Source: Stellaceae bacterium | GTDB taxonomy: Bacteria; Pseudomonadota; Alphaproteobacteria; ATCC43930; CGMCC-115725 | DNA: 64,000 bases | Assembly: GCA_035605975.1 (NCBI GenBank) | Contig: DATNGG010000167.1 | Coordinates: forward strand, 643-64,642 | Direction of reading: 5' to 3' | Shown here: one piece after another, positions 8,321 to 17,163 of the stretch | Numbering within the stretch: position 1 is the stretch's first letter | How the letters are laid out: every line of letters begins with the position of its first letter | Position numbers and translations under genes: made by a program | The notes under the pieces: model-generated | Told to the model about the DNA's origin: nothing | Seen by the model: only the letters and a program-made list of their open reading frames with translations | Databases searched by the model: none

Positions 8321-10150
8321 ATGACCGGTCTCATCACCAAGGCCCGATCGTGTCTCGAGACGGTGTTCGGCTTCCCATCATTCAGGCCGGGACAGGAAGA
8401 GGTCATCCAGGCGGTTCTCGACGGCGACGATGTTCTGGCGATCATGCCGACCGGCAGTGGCAAGTCGATGTGCTATCAGCTTCCAGCTCTTCTCCGTCCG
8501 GGAATCACGGTGGTGGTCTCGCCGCTGATCTCGCTCATGCGTGATCAGGTCGGCCAGTTGCGCGAATACGGCATCGAGGCCGCGAGCCTCAATTCGAGCA
8601 ACGATCCCTCCGAGAATCGCCGTATCCAGGCACTGCTCCGCGCCGGAACGCTGCGTTTGCTGTATGTGGCGCCGGAACGCCTCGTGCGCTCCGACACCGC
8701 CGCGATGCTGCGTGGGGCAGGCGTCGCGCTTCTCGCAATCGACGAGGCTCATTGCGTGTCGCAATGGGGGCACGATTTCCGGCCAGAATATCTGGCGTTG
8801 GGAAAAGTCCGCGCGGATCTCGGTGGCATCCAGACCATCGCGCTGACAGCCACGGCGGATGTTCCAACGAGAGCGGACATCAGCAAGAAGTTGTTCGACG
8901 CGCAGCCGCGAACCTTCATCGGGTCTTTCGATCGGCCCAACCTTCGGCTTGCGATGCGGCCGAAAGCGAACGCGAGGCGCCAGATCATCGATTTTGTTGC
9001 CACGCATCGCAACCGAAACGGCATCATCTATTGCAGCTCGCGCCGCCGCGCCGAGGAGTTCGCCGCCATGCTTTCCGAAGCCGGGCACAAGGCGCTTCCC
9101 TATCACGCCGGTATGGACGCGGAAACGCGGAACGCGAACCAGGACGTCTTTCTCCAGGACGACGGCATCGTCATCGTCGCAACCGTCGCCTTCGGCATGG
9201 GCATCGACAAACCCGACGTCCGGTTCGTCGGCCACGCCGATCTGCCGCAAAACGTCGAGGCTTATTACCAGGAGATCGGCCGCGCCGGCCGCGACGGTCT
9301 ATCTGCCGACACGCTCACGCTTTACGGTCTCGACGACATGCGTCTGCGCCGCGTTCAGATCGAGCAGAGCGGGGCGCCGGAGGAGCGAAAACGCATCGAG
9401 CGGCAGAGGTTCAATGCCCTGATCGCCTTGTGCGAGGCGACGCGCTGCCGGCGCCAGACTCTGCTGGCGTATTTCGGCGAAACCTCCTTGCCGTGCGGCA
9501 ATTGCGACCTGTGTCTCGAAGGCGTGGATGTCTACGACGGTACCGTCGAGGCGCAAAAGGCGATGTCGGCGATCCTGCGCACGGGCGAGAGATTTGGCAC
9601 CGAACACCTGATCGCCCTCTTGATCGGCAATTCGACCGAGGCCATTCGTCGCTGCGGCCACGAGACCCTTCCCACGTTCGGCGTCGGCCGCGACCGCAGC
9701 GCAAACGAGTGGCGATCGATCTTTCGGCAACTCTATGCTGCGGGCCTGACCTTCCTCGACATGGCTAAGTTCGGCCGCTGGACCGTGTTGGATCGCGGGC
9801 GCCGCGTGCTGCGCGGCGATGAGCGGCTCGAATTGCGCAAGGACATTCGTCCGCCCTCGGCAACGGCACGGGCCGCGCAAAGGCCGGCGGGCGGAGGGCC
9901 GGCAGACGAGAGGGATTCCGAATTGCTGGAGGCGCTCAAGGATTTGCGGCGCACGATCGCGAAGAGGATCCGACAGCCGGCCTATGTCGTCTTCTCCGAT
10001 CGAACGCTCGCGGAAATGGCCACCGTTCGGCCGACCGCGCTCGAAGAGATGCATCATATCTACGGTGTCGGCGAGGTTAAGCTCGAGAAATACGGTGCGC
10101 TTTTCTTGCAGATCATTGCAAGATATTCGCAAGCCGTGCGCCCGGCTTGA
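8321..10150 (+). CDS. recQ: ATP-dependent DNA helicase RecQ
   Basis: 609 aa. FRPGQEEVI, MPTGSGKSMCYQLPA (Walker A), DEAHCVSQWGHDFRPEY (DEAH), TATA, RQC Zn-finger CRRQTLLAYFGE..CGNCDLC, C-terminal HRDC (TLAEMATVRPTALEEMHHIYGVGEVKLEKYG). Confidence 0.95.
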   Translation: MTGLITKARSCLETVFGFPSFRPGQEEVIQAVLDGDDVLAIMPTGSGKSMCYQLPALLRPGITVVVSPLISLMRDQVGQLREYGIEAASLNSSNDPSENRRIQALLRAGTLRLLYVAPERLVRSDTAAMLRGAGVALLAIDEAHCVSQWGHDFRPEYLALGKVRADLGGIQTIALTATADVPTRADISKKLFDAQPRTFIGSFDRPNLRLAMRPKANARRQIIDFVATHRNRNGIIYCSSRRRAEEFAAMLSEAGHKALPYHAGMDAETRNANQDVFLQDDGIVIVATVAFGMGIDKPDVRFVGHADLPQNVEAYYQEIGRAGRDGLSADTLTLYGLDDMRLRRVQIEQSGAPEERKRIERQRFNALIALCEATRCRRQTLLAYFGETSLPCGNCDLCLEGVDVYDGTVEAQKAMSAILRTGERFGTEHLIALLIGNSTEAIRRCGHETLPTFGVGRDRSANEWRSIFRQLYAAGLTFLDMAKFGRWTVLDRGRRVLRGDERLELRKDIRPPSATARAAQRPAGGGPADERDSELLEALKDLRRTIAKRIRQPAYVVFSDRTLAEMATVRPTALEEMHHIYGVGEVKLEKYGALFLQIIARYSQAVRPA

Positions 10151-10486
10151 AATGGCACGAAGGCGAGGTGACAGCGCGAAGCCTGTTGTCCAGTTGTTTG
10201 TACCGCAATCGACTCTCTTCGCGTTAGAATGGCACGAACGCGACTTAGATCTTCGCCGAGGGCGTACGTCCGCTTCTAGGGCGAATAGTGAACTTGACCC
10301 GCTAACATCGATTAGGCCGCGATAATCGACGTGAGGCTAACGATTAAGCGGTAAATTGAATCGGCAAAGGGTCGGTTTTCATTAGGTACAGCGCGCATTG
10401 GTGCCCATCTATTGGATCAGGGCGTCCTCGTCCGAGGACAGCGGCCAGCCTGCCGGTCGGCAGGGATCAACGTGGAGCATTCTCCG

Positions 10487-10642
10487 ATGGCAGACAGTAG
10501 CCGCACCATTGAGAAGAACATTGCTGACCTTCGCGAACTGATGCGATGCACGCTCGACAGGACGAAACACCCTCACATCCGCGAGCGTATCATGACCGAG
10601 ATCGCGAAACTCAAGGCGCTCGGCTCGGGCGAGATGGACTGA
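10487..10642 (+). CDS. Small hypothetical protein (51 aa)
   Basis: ATG preceded by GGAG ~10 nt upstream. Helical charged sequence MADSSRTIEKNIADLRELMRC... No family recognised. Confidence 0.25.
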   Translation: MADSSRTIEKNIADLRELMRCTLDRTKHPHIRERIMTEIAKLKALGSGEMD

Positions 10643-11034
10643 ATGGGAGTCAGCTAACGAGCAGCACCTGGGACGTAGTCGCCTCGCAGAACCGCCTGGA
10701 AAAGCTCTGCTCACCGCCGAGTTTCGCTTCGACACGCTTCGCGACCTTCTCACAGTTGGCGGCGATATCTTGCATGTGGCGCTTCGCGGCCGGGTCCGCG
10801 ATCTGTTGCGCCATATTCCGCGCTTCCTCGACCCGCGAGTTACCGCAGCCTTGGCCTCGGCTGGCATCGCAGCCGCTAAGCGAGACGCTTCCCCTGAATC
10901 GCTGCGGCCTTTGGCCACGTATTCAGGCCCGCCTATGGCCGATGCGACGGCTCTTTAACATCGGTGGCTGCTTGTCAGCTAAGAACTACGCGCCGCGTGG
11001 TAGACTCCCGCAGTATGGCGGGATACTTTCTCAG

Positions 11035-11229
11035 ATGAGCTCCGAGTGGGCGGTTCACTATTTCGATCCGCAGCTCGGCCGCGAGATAGCGTCGGGTCCG
11101 TTCTCTAGCTTGGTCGAAGCGGTGAGCTTCGCTGAGACCTACGAACGCCAAGGCCGCTTAGTTCGCTTTCTCGCCACTCCACACGGGAAGATGCACTGGC
11201 CGCTCAGCAAGCGACTGCCGGGCGGGTGA
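11035..11229 (+). CDS. Small hypothetical protein (64 aa)
   Basis: MSSEWAVHYFDPQLGREIASGPFSSLVEAVSFAETYERQGRLVRFL... Non-Arg-rich composition, unlike the upstream part of the 227-aa track ORF. No clear SD. Confidence 0.25.
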   Translation: MSSEWAVHYFDPQLGREIASGPFSSLVEAVSFAETYERQGRLVRFLATPHGKMHWPLSKRLPGG

Positions 11230-11264
11230 ATCGTCATAATATTTGCTAATTACTCCGGAGGCGT

Positions 11265-11618
11265 GTGTCGATGGCGCGATGGTCGAAACAGAAAGCCGAT
11301 TTAGAGACCAGGCTTCCGCCGCTAACGACCGATCACGGCTCGGCGGGGCCGGATTGGCATTCAATCAATAAGGCCGAAACCCCCGAGGCGAAAGTGCAGT
11401 GGACCGTGACCTGGGACACGGCCCGCCACGCGGATGCCTTTAACACCTCCTATCACAAGAGTGAGCCGGAAGCGATCGAGAGCGCCAGGCGGTTTTTGCG
11501 CTTGGGCTTCGTCGTCTATTCGATCAAGGACGGATCCGGGCTCGAAACGATGGACGAAAGAACGATCAAGGAGCGACTCGCCCCCGCCCCACTTCCCCAA
11601 ACAGCCGCGCGATTCTAA
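11265..11618 (+). CDS. Hypothetical protein (117 aa)
   Basis: ORF with ordinary composition. C-terminal theme SEPEAIESARRFLRLGFVVYSI is loosely similar to the preceding small ORF. Confidence 0.3.
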   Translation: MSMARWSKQKADLETRLPPLTTDHGSAGPDWHSINKAETPEAKVQWTVTWDTARHADAFNTSYHKSEPEAIESARRFLRLGFVVYSIKDGSGLETMDERTIKERLAPAPLPQTAARF

Positions 11619-11690
11619 TTCTAAGAGCGTTCAACGCAAGAACAGGCCAGCGGCGCGCACCTTGGCGGAAGCTGTCTCCAACGTTGCGGG

Positions 11691-12053
11691 TTAGTTTGCG
11701 CTGGTCAATTTGACGCCATTGAGTTCCGTGAGAGCCAGAAGCTTGGTGGCGCAGGAGTTGGCAACAGCCGATGTAATATCGGAATCGAGCTTTTGGCCGG
11801 ATACCGCCGCCCAGCCACCCTTTTTGATGTAGTCGCTCTGGTCGTAGTCTTTCTCGCTCTTCTTGAGCTCTTGCCACCATGCAACCGCGTTCGGCTGCTG
11901 CTCGAAGCGCGCAATACAATAAGGCGTCGCTGCCGCGACGACTGCGGTTTGCGTCTGATTGTCCGCCAGCCGTTTGGCGGCTCCCGCGCTTACCCAGCCG
12001 AAACCAAATGCGAGTACGCCCACCACGCCACGGCGCCCAACACGACGCCCCAA
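11691..12053 (-). CDS. Membrane-anchored hypothetical protein (5' end possibly frameshifted; see finding)
   Basis: ORF with hydrophobic N-terminus VVGVLAFGFGWVSAGAA. An upstream out-of-frame ATG (12085) encodes MKIPSWVKPGLWGVVLGAVAWW..., which looks like the true N-terminus. Confidence 0.4.
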   Translation of the reverse strand: MGRRVGRRGVVGVLAFGFGWVSAGAAKRLADNQTQTAVVAAATPYCIARFEQQPNAVAWWQELKKSEKDYDQSDYIKKGGWAAVSGQKLDSDITSAVANSCATKLLALTELNGVKLTSAN

Positions 12054-12250
12054 AGACCTGGTTTAACCCATGAAGGAATCTTCATCGCGTTGCCCCTGTT
12101 CATTTCGAGAGAAAATATTTCTTATTGGTACCTAGACTACCATCAGAAACTAAGGCGCCGTCCATTGAATGCACTTCATGAAATTTTGTCGAACCGCAAA
12201 GACTTTTCAGATCATCGTCCGAACTCCTTTATGAGAGGGGAGCGCGCGAC

Positions 12251-12487
12251 CTAACGGACTCTACGCCGTTGCTCTCCGTTCTCGGCACGACGTTCATATT
12301 CTGTTGCCAAGCGCAACATCATGTCGCGATCGCAGCTATCCGGCATTGACGCCGCGCTCTGACGTAGCTCCCGCGCGGTTTGCCGCATGCCATCGGGCGA
12401 ATTTTTGACTCGTTCAGATGCTCTGCGATACGCCGCTTCCATTGCCCTGCGACGCTCAGTCTGTGTTGCGAGATCTTGCGGTGTCAT
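12251..12487 (-). CDS. Hypothetical protein (78 aa)
   Basis: Charged helical ORF located 10 nt downstream of the desaturase stop. No family recognised. Confidence 0.3.
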   Translation of the reverse strand: MTPQDLATQTERRRAMEAAYRRASERVKNSPDGMRQTARELRQSAASMPDSCDRDMMLRLATEYERRAENGEQRRRVR

Positions 12488-12496
12488 GATTGTGAT

Positions 12497-13567
12497 CTAC
12501 ACGCAAGGAGTGAGGGGGGTCGAAGATGAGCTCCGAGTGGGCATGCCGACGATTTGGCGGAACGACACGAGTCGTCGCCCCTCCTCATCCCAGAGCGCCA
12601 GCCGCGCCGATTTGATGCTGCCCCAAAGGGTCAGGCGCTTGGTGCGCTGCAATTCTCGGTTCTGCTCCAAGCATGCCCGCAAGTGGTAATTCGGGATCCG
12701 GCTTGCGAGATGATGGACATGGTGCAGGCCGATATAGCCCGTAAACCAGTGGAGGATGCGCGGCAGATCGTAAAAGGAGCTTCCTTCGATCGCGGCTGTC
12801 TGAAAGGCCCAGCGTCCCGAACGCTCCCAATACGTGTCCCCGAATTGATGCTGGACGCAAAAGAGCCAAATCCCGATCACGCTCGCGAGGTAAAGCACCG
12901 AAAACCATGCGGCCAAGAAGACGAGCGGCGTGATAATCAAAGATGCTCCCATAACAATCACGGCGGCGCCCACGTCGGTGCCGATCACGCTGGCCCAATT
13001 TCGCCAATCGCGGCGCAGCGTGCGCGCAGGTATGCGATTTTGAACCAAGAGCAGATAGAGAGGGCCCAGTCCAAGCAGAACGAACGGGTTGCGATAGGCT
13101 CTGTAGAGCATTCTTCGCCAGGTCGATTGCGACAAATATTCGGCCACGGTGAGCGTTGTGATATCGCCCGTACCGCGTTGATCGAGATTGCCGGTCGTCG
13201 CATGGTGGACCGCATGCGCCCGGCGCCAGGAGCCAAAAGGCACCAGCGTCATTAGGCTGATGACGCGGCCGACCGTTTCATTGCAGCGACGCGATCTCAG
13301 GAACGAGACATGTCCACAATCATGCTGAATGACGAACAATCGCACCGCGAAGAGCGTCGCGGGGATTGCCATTAGCCAGGCAAACCAATCAGCGTGGCCG
13401 GCGCCATAGAGCAGAACCGCCATGCTTCCTAGGAACGGCAATACCGTGTTCAGGAGTTGAAAGCTCGCCCGCAATGTATTCGGCTTGGCATAGCCTGCCA
13501 GGCACTTGCGCCACTCCCGCGAGGAGAGATCGTGGAGTGAAATGTTGGCGGCCTCGGGGCGCAGCAC
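12497..13567 (-). CDS. Membrane fatty-acid desaturase family protein
   Basis: Three His boxes: HDCGH, HAVHHATTGN, HHVHH. Hydrophobic TM pairs between the boxes. Confidence 0.9.
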   Translation of the reverse strand: MLRPEAANISLHDLSSREWRKCLAGYAKPNTLRASFQLLNTVLPFLGSMAVLLYGAGHADWFAWLMAIPATLFAVRLFVIQHDCGHVSFLRSRRCNETVGRVISLMTLVPFGSWRRAHAVHHATTGNLDQRGTGDITTLTVAEYLSQSTWRRMLYRAYRNPFVLLGLGPLYLLLVQNRIPARTLRRDWRNWASVIGTDVGAAVIVMGASLIITPLVFLAAWFSVLYLASVIGIWLFCVQHQFGDTYWERSGRWAFQTAAIEGSSFYDLPRILHWFTGYIGLHHVHHLASRIPNYHLRACLEQNRELQRTKRLTLWGSIKSARLALWDEEGRRLVSFRQIVGMPTRSSSSTPLTPCV

Positions 13568-13605
13568 CGGCGTTGTGCATCCAGGATGGTCTCGAGGAGA
13601 TAGTC

Positions 13606-13632
13606 AGACAAGAAGGGCGGCCGAAGCCGCCC
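13606..13632 (-). terminator. Rho-independent terminator downstream of cspA
   Basis: On the minus strand: GGGCGGC-TTCG-GCCGCCC (7-bp GC stem, tetraloop) followed by TTCTTGTCT. Confidence 0.55.
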
Positions 13633-13640
13633 CGCGCGAT

Positions 13641-13847
13641 TCAGGCGTTCTTCAGATTGACTGCCGATACTTTGCCTTGTTGGCCGCGCTCCACGTCGTA
13701 GCTCACCTTCTGTCCTTCGCGAAGACTGCCGAGGCCGGAGACTTCGACTGCGGAGATATGGACGAACACGTCTTTGGCGCCATCATCCGGCTGGATGAAG
13801 CCATAACCCTTCGCTGAATTGAACCATTTGACAGTTCCAGTGGACAT
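13641..13847 (-). CDS. cspA: Cold-shock protein (CspA family)
   Basis: [34 protein letters not shown]... carries the canonical RNP1 (KGYGFI) and RNP2 (VFVHI) motifs. Confidence 0.95.
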   Translation of the reverse strand: MSTGTVKWFNSAKGYGFIQPDDGAKDVFVHISAVEVSGLGSLREGQKVSYDVERGQQGKVSAVNLKNA

Positions 13848-14075
13848 GAAGTCCCTCCAAAAACAAATGCCGCGACACGGATGTGCCCGCGGATCAACTA
13901 CGATTTTGGATAGGACCGAGTCTGGCTCGCAGGAGCGTGGAGCGGGGCCGACCCAAGGTCGATTTGACTTAAACAGTATGCTCCTGCTGGCGCTCTATTT
14001 CAAGGTGAACCCCTTGGGCTTCGTGAGGGCGCCCGCAATCACACGAGATCACCCTTCATCCCGGCCCCCTATCAA

Positions 14076-14279
14076 TCAATAGCCTTGGCGTTCCATGCGT
14101 TTGCGCATGGCCTTGCGGTAACGTCGGACAGCTTCGGCCTTCTCGCGTGCGCGTCGTTCGGAGGGCTTCTCGTAGGCGCGACGCCGCTTCATCTCGCGAA
14201 AGATGCCTTCGCGCTGCATTTCCTTTTTAAGAATTCGGAGCGCGCCATTCATATCATTGTCGCGGACAAAAACCTGCAT
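14076..14279 (-). CDS. rpsU: 30S ribosomal protein S21
   Basis: [53 protein letters not shown]... is a typical bS21. Confidence 0.95.
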   Translation of the reverse strand: MQVFVRDNDMNGALRILKKEMQREGIFREMKRRRAYEKPSERRAREKAEAVRRYRKAMRKRMERQGY

Positions 14280-14427
14280 GCCTCACCGGCTCGTTGAATG
14301 AACAGACGATCGAATGACGCTCGTTGGATGGCAGACATAACCAAACATGGGGCTTACTCGTGCCACACCGAGTACACTCGTCGATGCGTAAAAATTCCGC
14401 TCGCGGTGCGGCGGGCTCTATCTGTAC

Positions 14428-14604
14428 TCACGAGCTCGATTCCGTCGTATCGCCGTCCGTAGAGTGGCTCTCCGGTGCATCGGCGGAAATGGTTTCTTGC
14501 GTCGCCGCTTTTTCGGCGCGACGCTGCATTTTTGCCTGCTTCCTCTGTTCCTTCGCGCGCTCTCGATCGGCGCGCTGCATGCGATAGTTCGGCTTGAAAG
14601 GCAT
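14428..14604 (-). CDS. Small basic protein (58 aa), absent from the supplied ORF track
   Basis: AAGGAG SD 4 nt before ATG 14604. Translation: MPFKPNYRMQRADRERAKEQRKQAKMQRRAEKAATQETISADAPESHSTDGDTTESSS*. GC-rich third codon positions. Confidence 0.45.
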   Translation of the reverse strand: MPFKPNYRMQRADRERAKEQRKQAKMQRRAEKAATQETISADAPESHSTDGDTTESSS

Positions 14605-14834
14605 TGTACTCCTTAGTGCTCTCGCTAGCGCAGATGAACTTCGGTTCGCATTCTGCGATCGGGCGTTACCCGTCCGTCAAAATAATGAAAAGGAGATCGA
14701 AGGTCACTCGCAGAGAGCAAAGGGCCAGTGATTCGTCGAATCCAACTTAGATAATATCGGTCGTTCCAACGTTGCTTGCAACCTCGCAGTTTTGACCGCC
14801 CGCAAGCGCCTCCAGGCCCTTTGCCGATGCGAGG

Positions 14835-15104
14835 CTAGGGGAAATCCGACGTGCGTAAAAGAATCGATGTTTTTTGGTCTTGCACGTCATATTTGTCGCT
14901 GGCTTTTTGTTGGATCGCCGTGCGCCATTTGTCGAAGGCGGCCAGGCAGGATTGCTTGCTGCCGCGACCGGCGCCGAAATGATCGATGAGTGCTTCCATC
15001 GAGATCGCGCAGGGCCGCGGATTGCCGGAATCCTCGCCAAGAAAATTGACAATGTTTCTTCTTAGATCCCAGCCCCGAATTTGCTTTGGGAACATAAGTG
15101 GCAT
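14835..15104 (-). CDS. DUF1488-like small protein
   Basis: 89 aa. Pattern ..WDLRRNIVNFLGEDSGNPRPCAISMEALIDHFGA...CLAAFDKWRTAIQQKASDKY resembles DUF1488 (recalled). Confidence 0.4.
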   Translation of the reverse strand: MPLMFPKQIRGWDLRRNIVNFLGEDSGNPRPCAISMEALIDHFGAGRGSKQSCLAAFDKWRTAIQQKASDKYDVQDQKTSILLRTSDFP

Positions 15105-15165
15105 CTCACCGCCCCATTGCTCGCGTCAAGTGACGCGATTTCGAAATCTCAATCGGTCACTTTCC

Positions 15166-15645
15166 TCAACGTCTGGGAAAGATTCGCTTGGCGACGGGCC
15201 AAAAGATCTCGTCATGCAGATCAAGCAGCGATTCGTGAAGCCAATAATGAGTATTCAGCAAGGCATGAAGCGGCGTTTCCTGCGCGGGCAATCGGGGTTG
15301 CCTTTCGACGTCTTCCATCCAGCATCCGGCTGCGTCAAAAGCGTCGCGTGCGACATCTGTCAGGCGTTGCTCATCGAGGTGTTCGATTGGGCCGAATCCA
15401 TATTGATCCGAAACGAACTGCAAAATGCGGCCGAGAGCTTGGTCGCGTTGGTTTCTTGCGGTCGCTATTCGCCGCCTCGCCACCTCCGGATCACCCCCGC
15501 TGTCCGCGTAGGCGGTGTAGATCACCTCGTAATCTTCTGCGTTTAACGGGTGAGCATCGTTACGGTCCCGATCTTCTCGTTCGATCGACTCGACGGTGGA
15601 AGCTAGCCGGCTCAAGAAGGCGGCGTCGAAGATTTTCTCATTCAT
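15166..15645 (-). CDS. Hypothetical protein (159 aa)
   Basis: AGGA 6 nt upstream of ATG 15645 (MNEKIFDAAF...). Acidic, ordinary composition. No family recognised. Confidence 0.4.
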   Translation of the reverse strand: MNEKIFDAAFLSRLASTVESIEREDRDRNDAHPLNAEDYEVIYTAYADSGGDPEVARRRIATARNQRDQALGRILQFVSDQYGFGPIEHLDEQRLTDVARDAFDAAGCWMEDVERQPRLPAQETPLHALLNTHYWLHESLLDLHDEIFWPVAKRIFPRR

Positions 15646-16408
15646 CGTCATTCCTGTTGAAATGGTCCAAGGCATTTTGTTGAGGCGCTTGAGTACGCAA
15701 CGGGGTTCTTAACTCCGTTTGAAATTTATTTTCGCCCCGAAAGAAATGTGCAATATCCGCAGATTCTCTCCGCTTGGAATTATCGCGGTTCCAAAAGGCC
15801 CAGCCATGCAATGAGCATAGCCATTATTGCGTTAATTGTTGGATTTTCGCGAAGACAAGTCCCATATAGCACGAACGAGATCAGGTCAATGGCCGCGGCG
15901 ATCCAATGCCAGCTCGCAATAAAGAGAGACGCCGAGAATCGCGAGCGGTGGCCGCTCTTTGGGACGCGACACGGAATGGTCGCAATATGGCGATGGAAGA
16001 ATTCGAGACCACGGCCATCGATGGGGTGCTATTGGGCCCCATCGTCTGGGCGCTCCGCTACTCGGCCGGCGAGGTTTACCTCAGGGAGGTTGAAACGAGC
16101 TCCATCTCGGCATGAGCACTTCCAGTGCGGGCACGAGCGCGCAGACCCGCCGTAAGTGGCAAGACCCGTCGTCCGCAGTCATGAATTCCGAGTCTCTCGA
16201 CAATGAGGCACTAACGCGCGGCATCATTGGTGTGCGCGGGCGAGATGTTTCAGCAATCGCCCGAGAAAATACGCGGAGATCGGCGCTCGCGGGAAGGGCC
16301 GAAGAAACGCGGAATTGGCTCAGGGTGCTCAAGCTGATTCAGCAGCAAGAGTAGGCGCTGCCAGCATAATCAGTCTTTCCCCAATTGAAACGGGGGGATT
16401 GGCCTGCG

Positions 16409-16675
16409 TCAGCGCTCGATGACCTTACCCTCCGGATCGATCGCCACATCGACGCGCCGGCCGTCCTTGCTTGCTGAACCGATCCACGAGCCCGGCGAGA
16501 CTGCGGATTGAATAATGATCACGTGCGTGTAGCCATCGTTCTGCAGCAAGAGAATTGAGCGCGACCATGTCGTCGCGTTGCCGGAGACGGGAGGCCCGAG
16601 GCGGTCGGCAAACGCGGCCGAACTTGCGATACATGCAAGCGGGATCGCCGCAAGGACAAAAACCTTCCAGATCAT
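16409..16675 (-). CDS. Small secreted PepSY-like protein
   Basis: AAAGGAG SD before ATG 16675. Signal peptide MIWKVFVLAAIPLACIASSAAFA. C-terminal ..GSASKDGRRVDVAIDPEGKVIER is PepSY-like. Confidence 0.5.
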   Translation of the reverse strand: MIWKVFVLAAIPLACIASSAAFADRLGPPVSGNATTWSRSILLLQNDGYTHVIIIQSAVSPGSWIGSASKDGRRVDVAIDPEGKVIER

Positions 16676-16690
16676 CGCGCAAACTCCTTT

Positions 16691-17074
16691 ATGAGGCGGG
16701 AGCGCGCTCCGAATGGCGATCCTTCGGACCTCGATCCCTTTGCGAATGGACTCATCGTGGCACGAGCCGAGACGTGCCGGCAGCGTCCTGCGATTTGCGC
16801 CGCCATGGGACATAGCTTCGTTGAGGCGGAAGCGTATCTTCACGATCATCCGCGCGAATCGCTTTCCCTCTTAAAGCATCGATTTCCGAAAATCGAGGAC
16901 AAGGTCCTCGCCGCGGCGTTCGACGTGATCCTGAAAATCAGCCCAAATCCGCCACGCGTCACGGCGAAGGCCATCGAGAATACGGAACGGCTAAACATCG
17001 AGGCCGGCCTGCTGAAGCCACAAGACAAGCTAGACTCTTACGACGGCATCACGACCGACGAATTTCTCAGATAA
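16691..17074 (+). pseudogene. Truncated paralogue (C-terminal third only) of the adjacent NMT1-type SBP
   Basis: DPSDLDPFANGLIVARAETCRQRPAICAAMGHSFVEAEAYLHDHPRE...GITTDEFLR aligns residue for residue with the C-terminus of the 17164-18192 protein (DPADLDPFATSIVATRPETCQQRRSVCMAMGHSFAEAEAYIHDRPKE...GIVTDEFVK). No N-terminal two-thirds and no signal peptide. Confidence 0.7.
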
Positions 17075-17163
17075 TCCTCACCTCTGCACCGAGCGAGCGC
17101 CCAGCTTGCCCGTCACCGCATGTGATGCAGGTGGCAGGCTCGATATCCTAACCGTTCAAGAAT

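Noticed and set aside
11033-11051. Exact 19-mer agatgagctccgagtgggc, repeated at 12524-12542.
   Set aside because: The second copy lies inside the 3' end of the desaturase gene (antisense), and the flanks show no further similarity. It is too short to distinguish chance or micro-duplication from a functional element without statistics.
15748-16354. Small plus-strand ORFs (135 aa, 69 aa, and an 80-aa ORF with an ATGA overlap at 16112), plus a minus-strand hydrophobic fragment (..WHWIAAAIDLISFVLYGTCL..AMLIAWLGLL..).
   Set aside because: There are no SD sequences, no recognisable families, several mutually overlapping frames, and the minus-strand fragment has no start codon. Evidence is insufficient to annotate. 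This may be decayed sequence.
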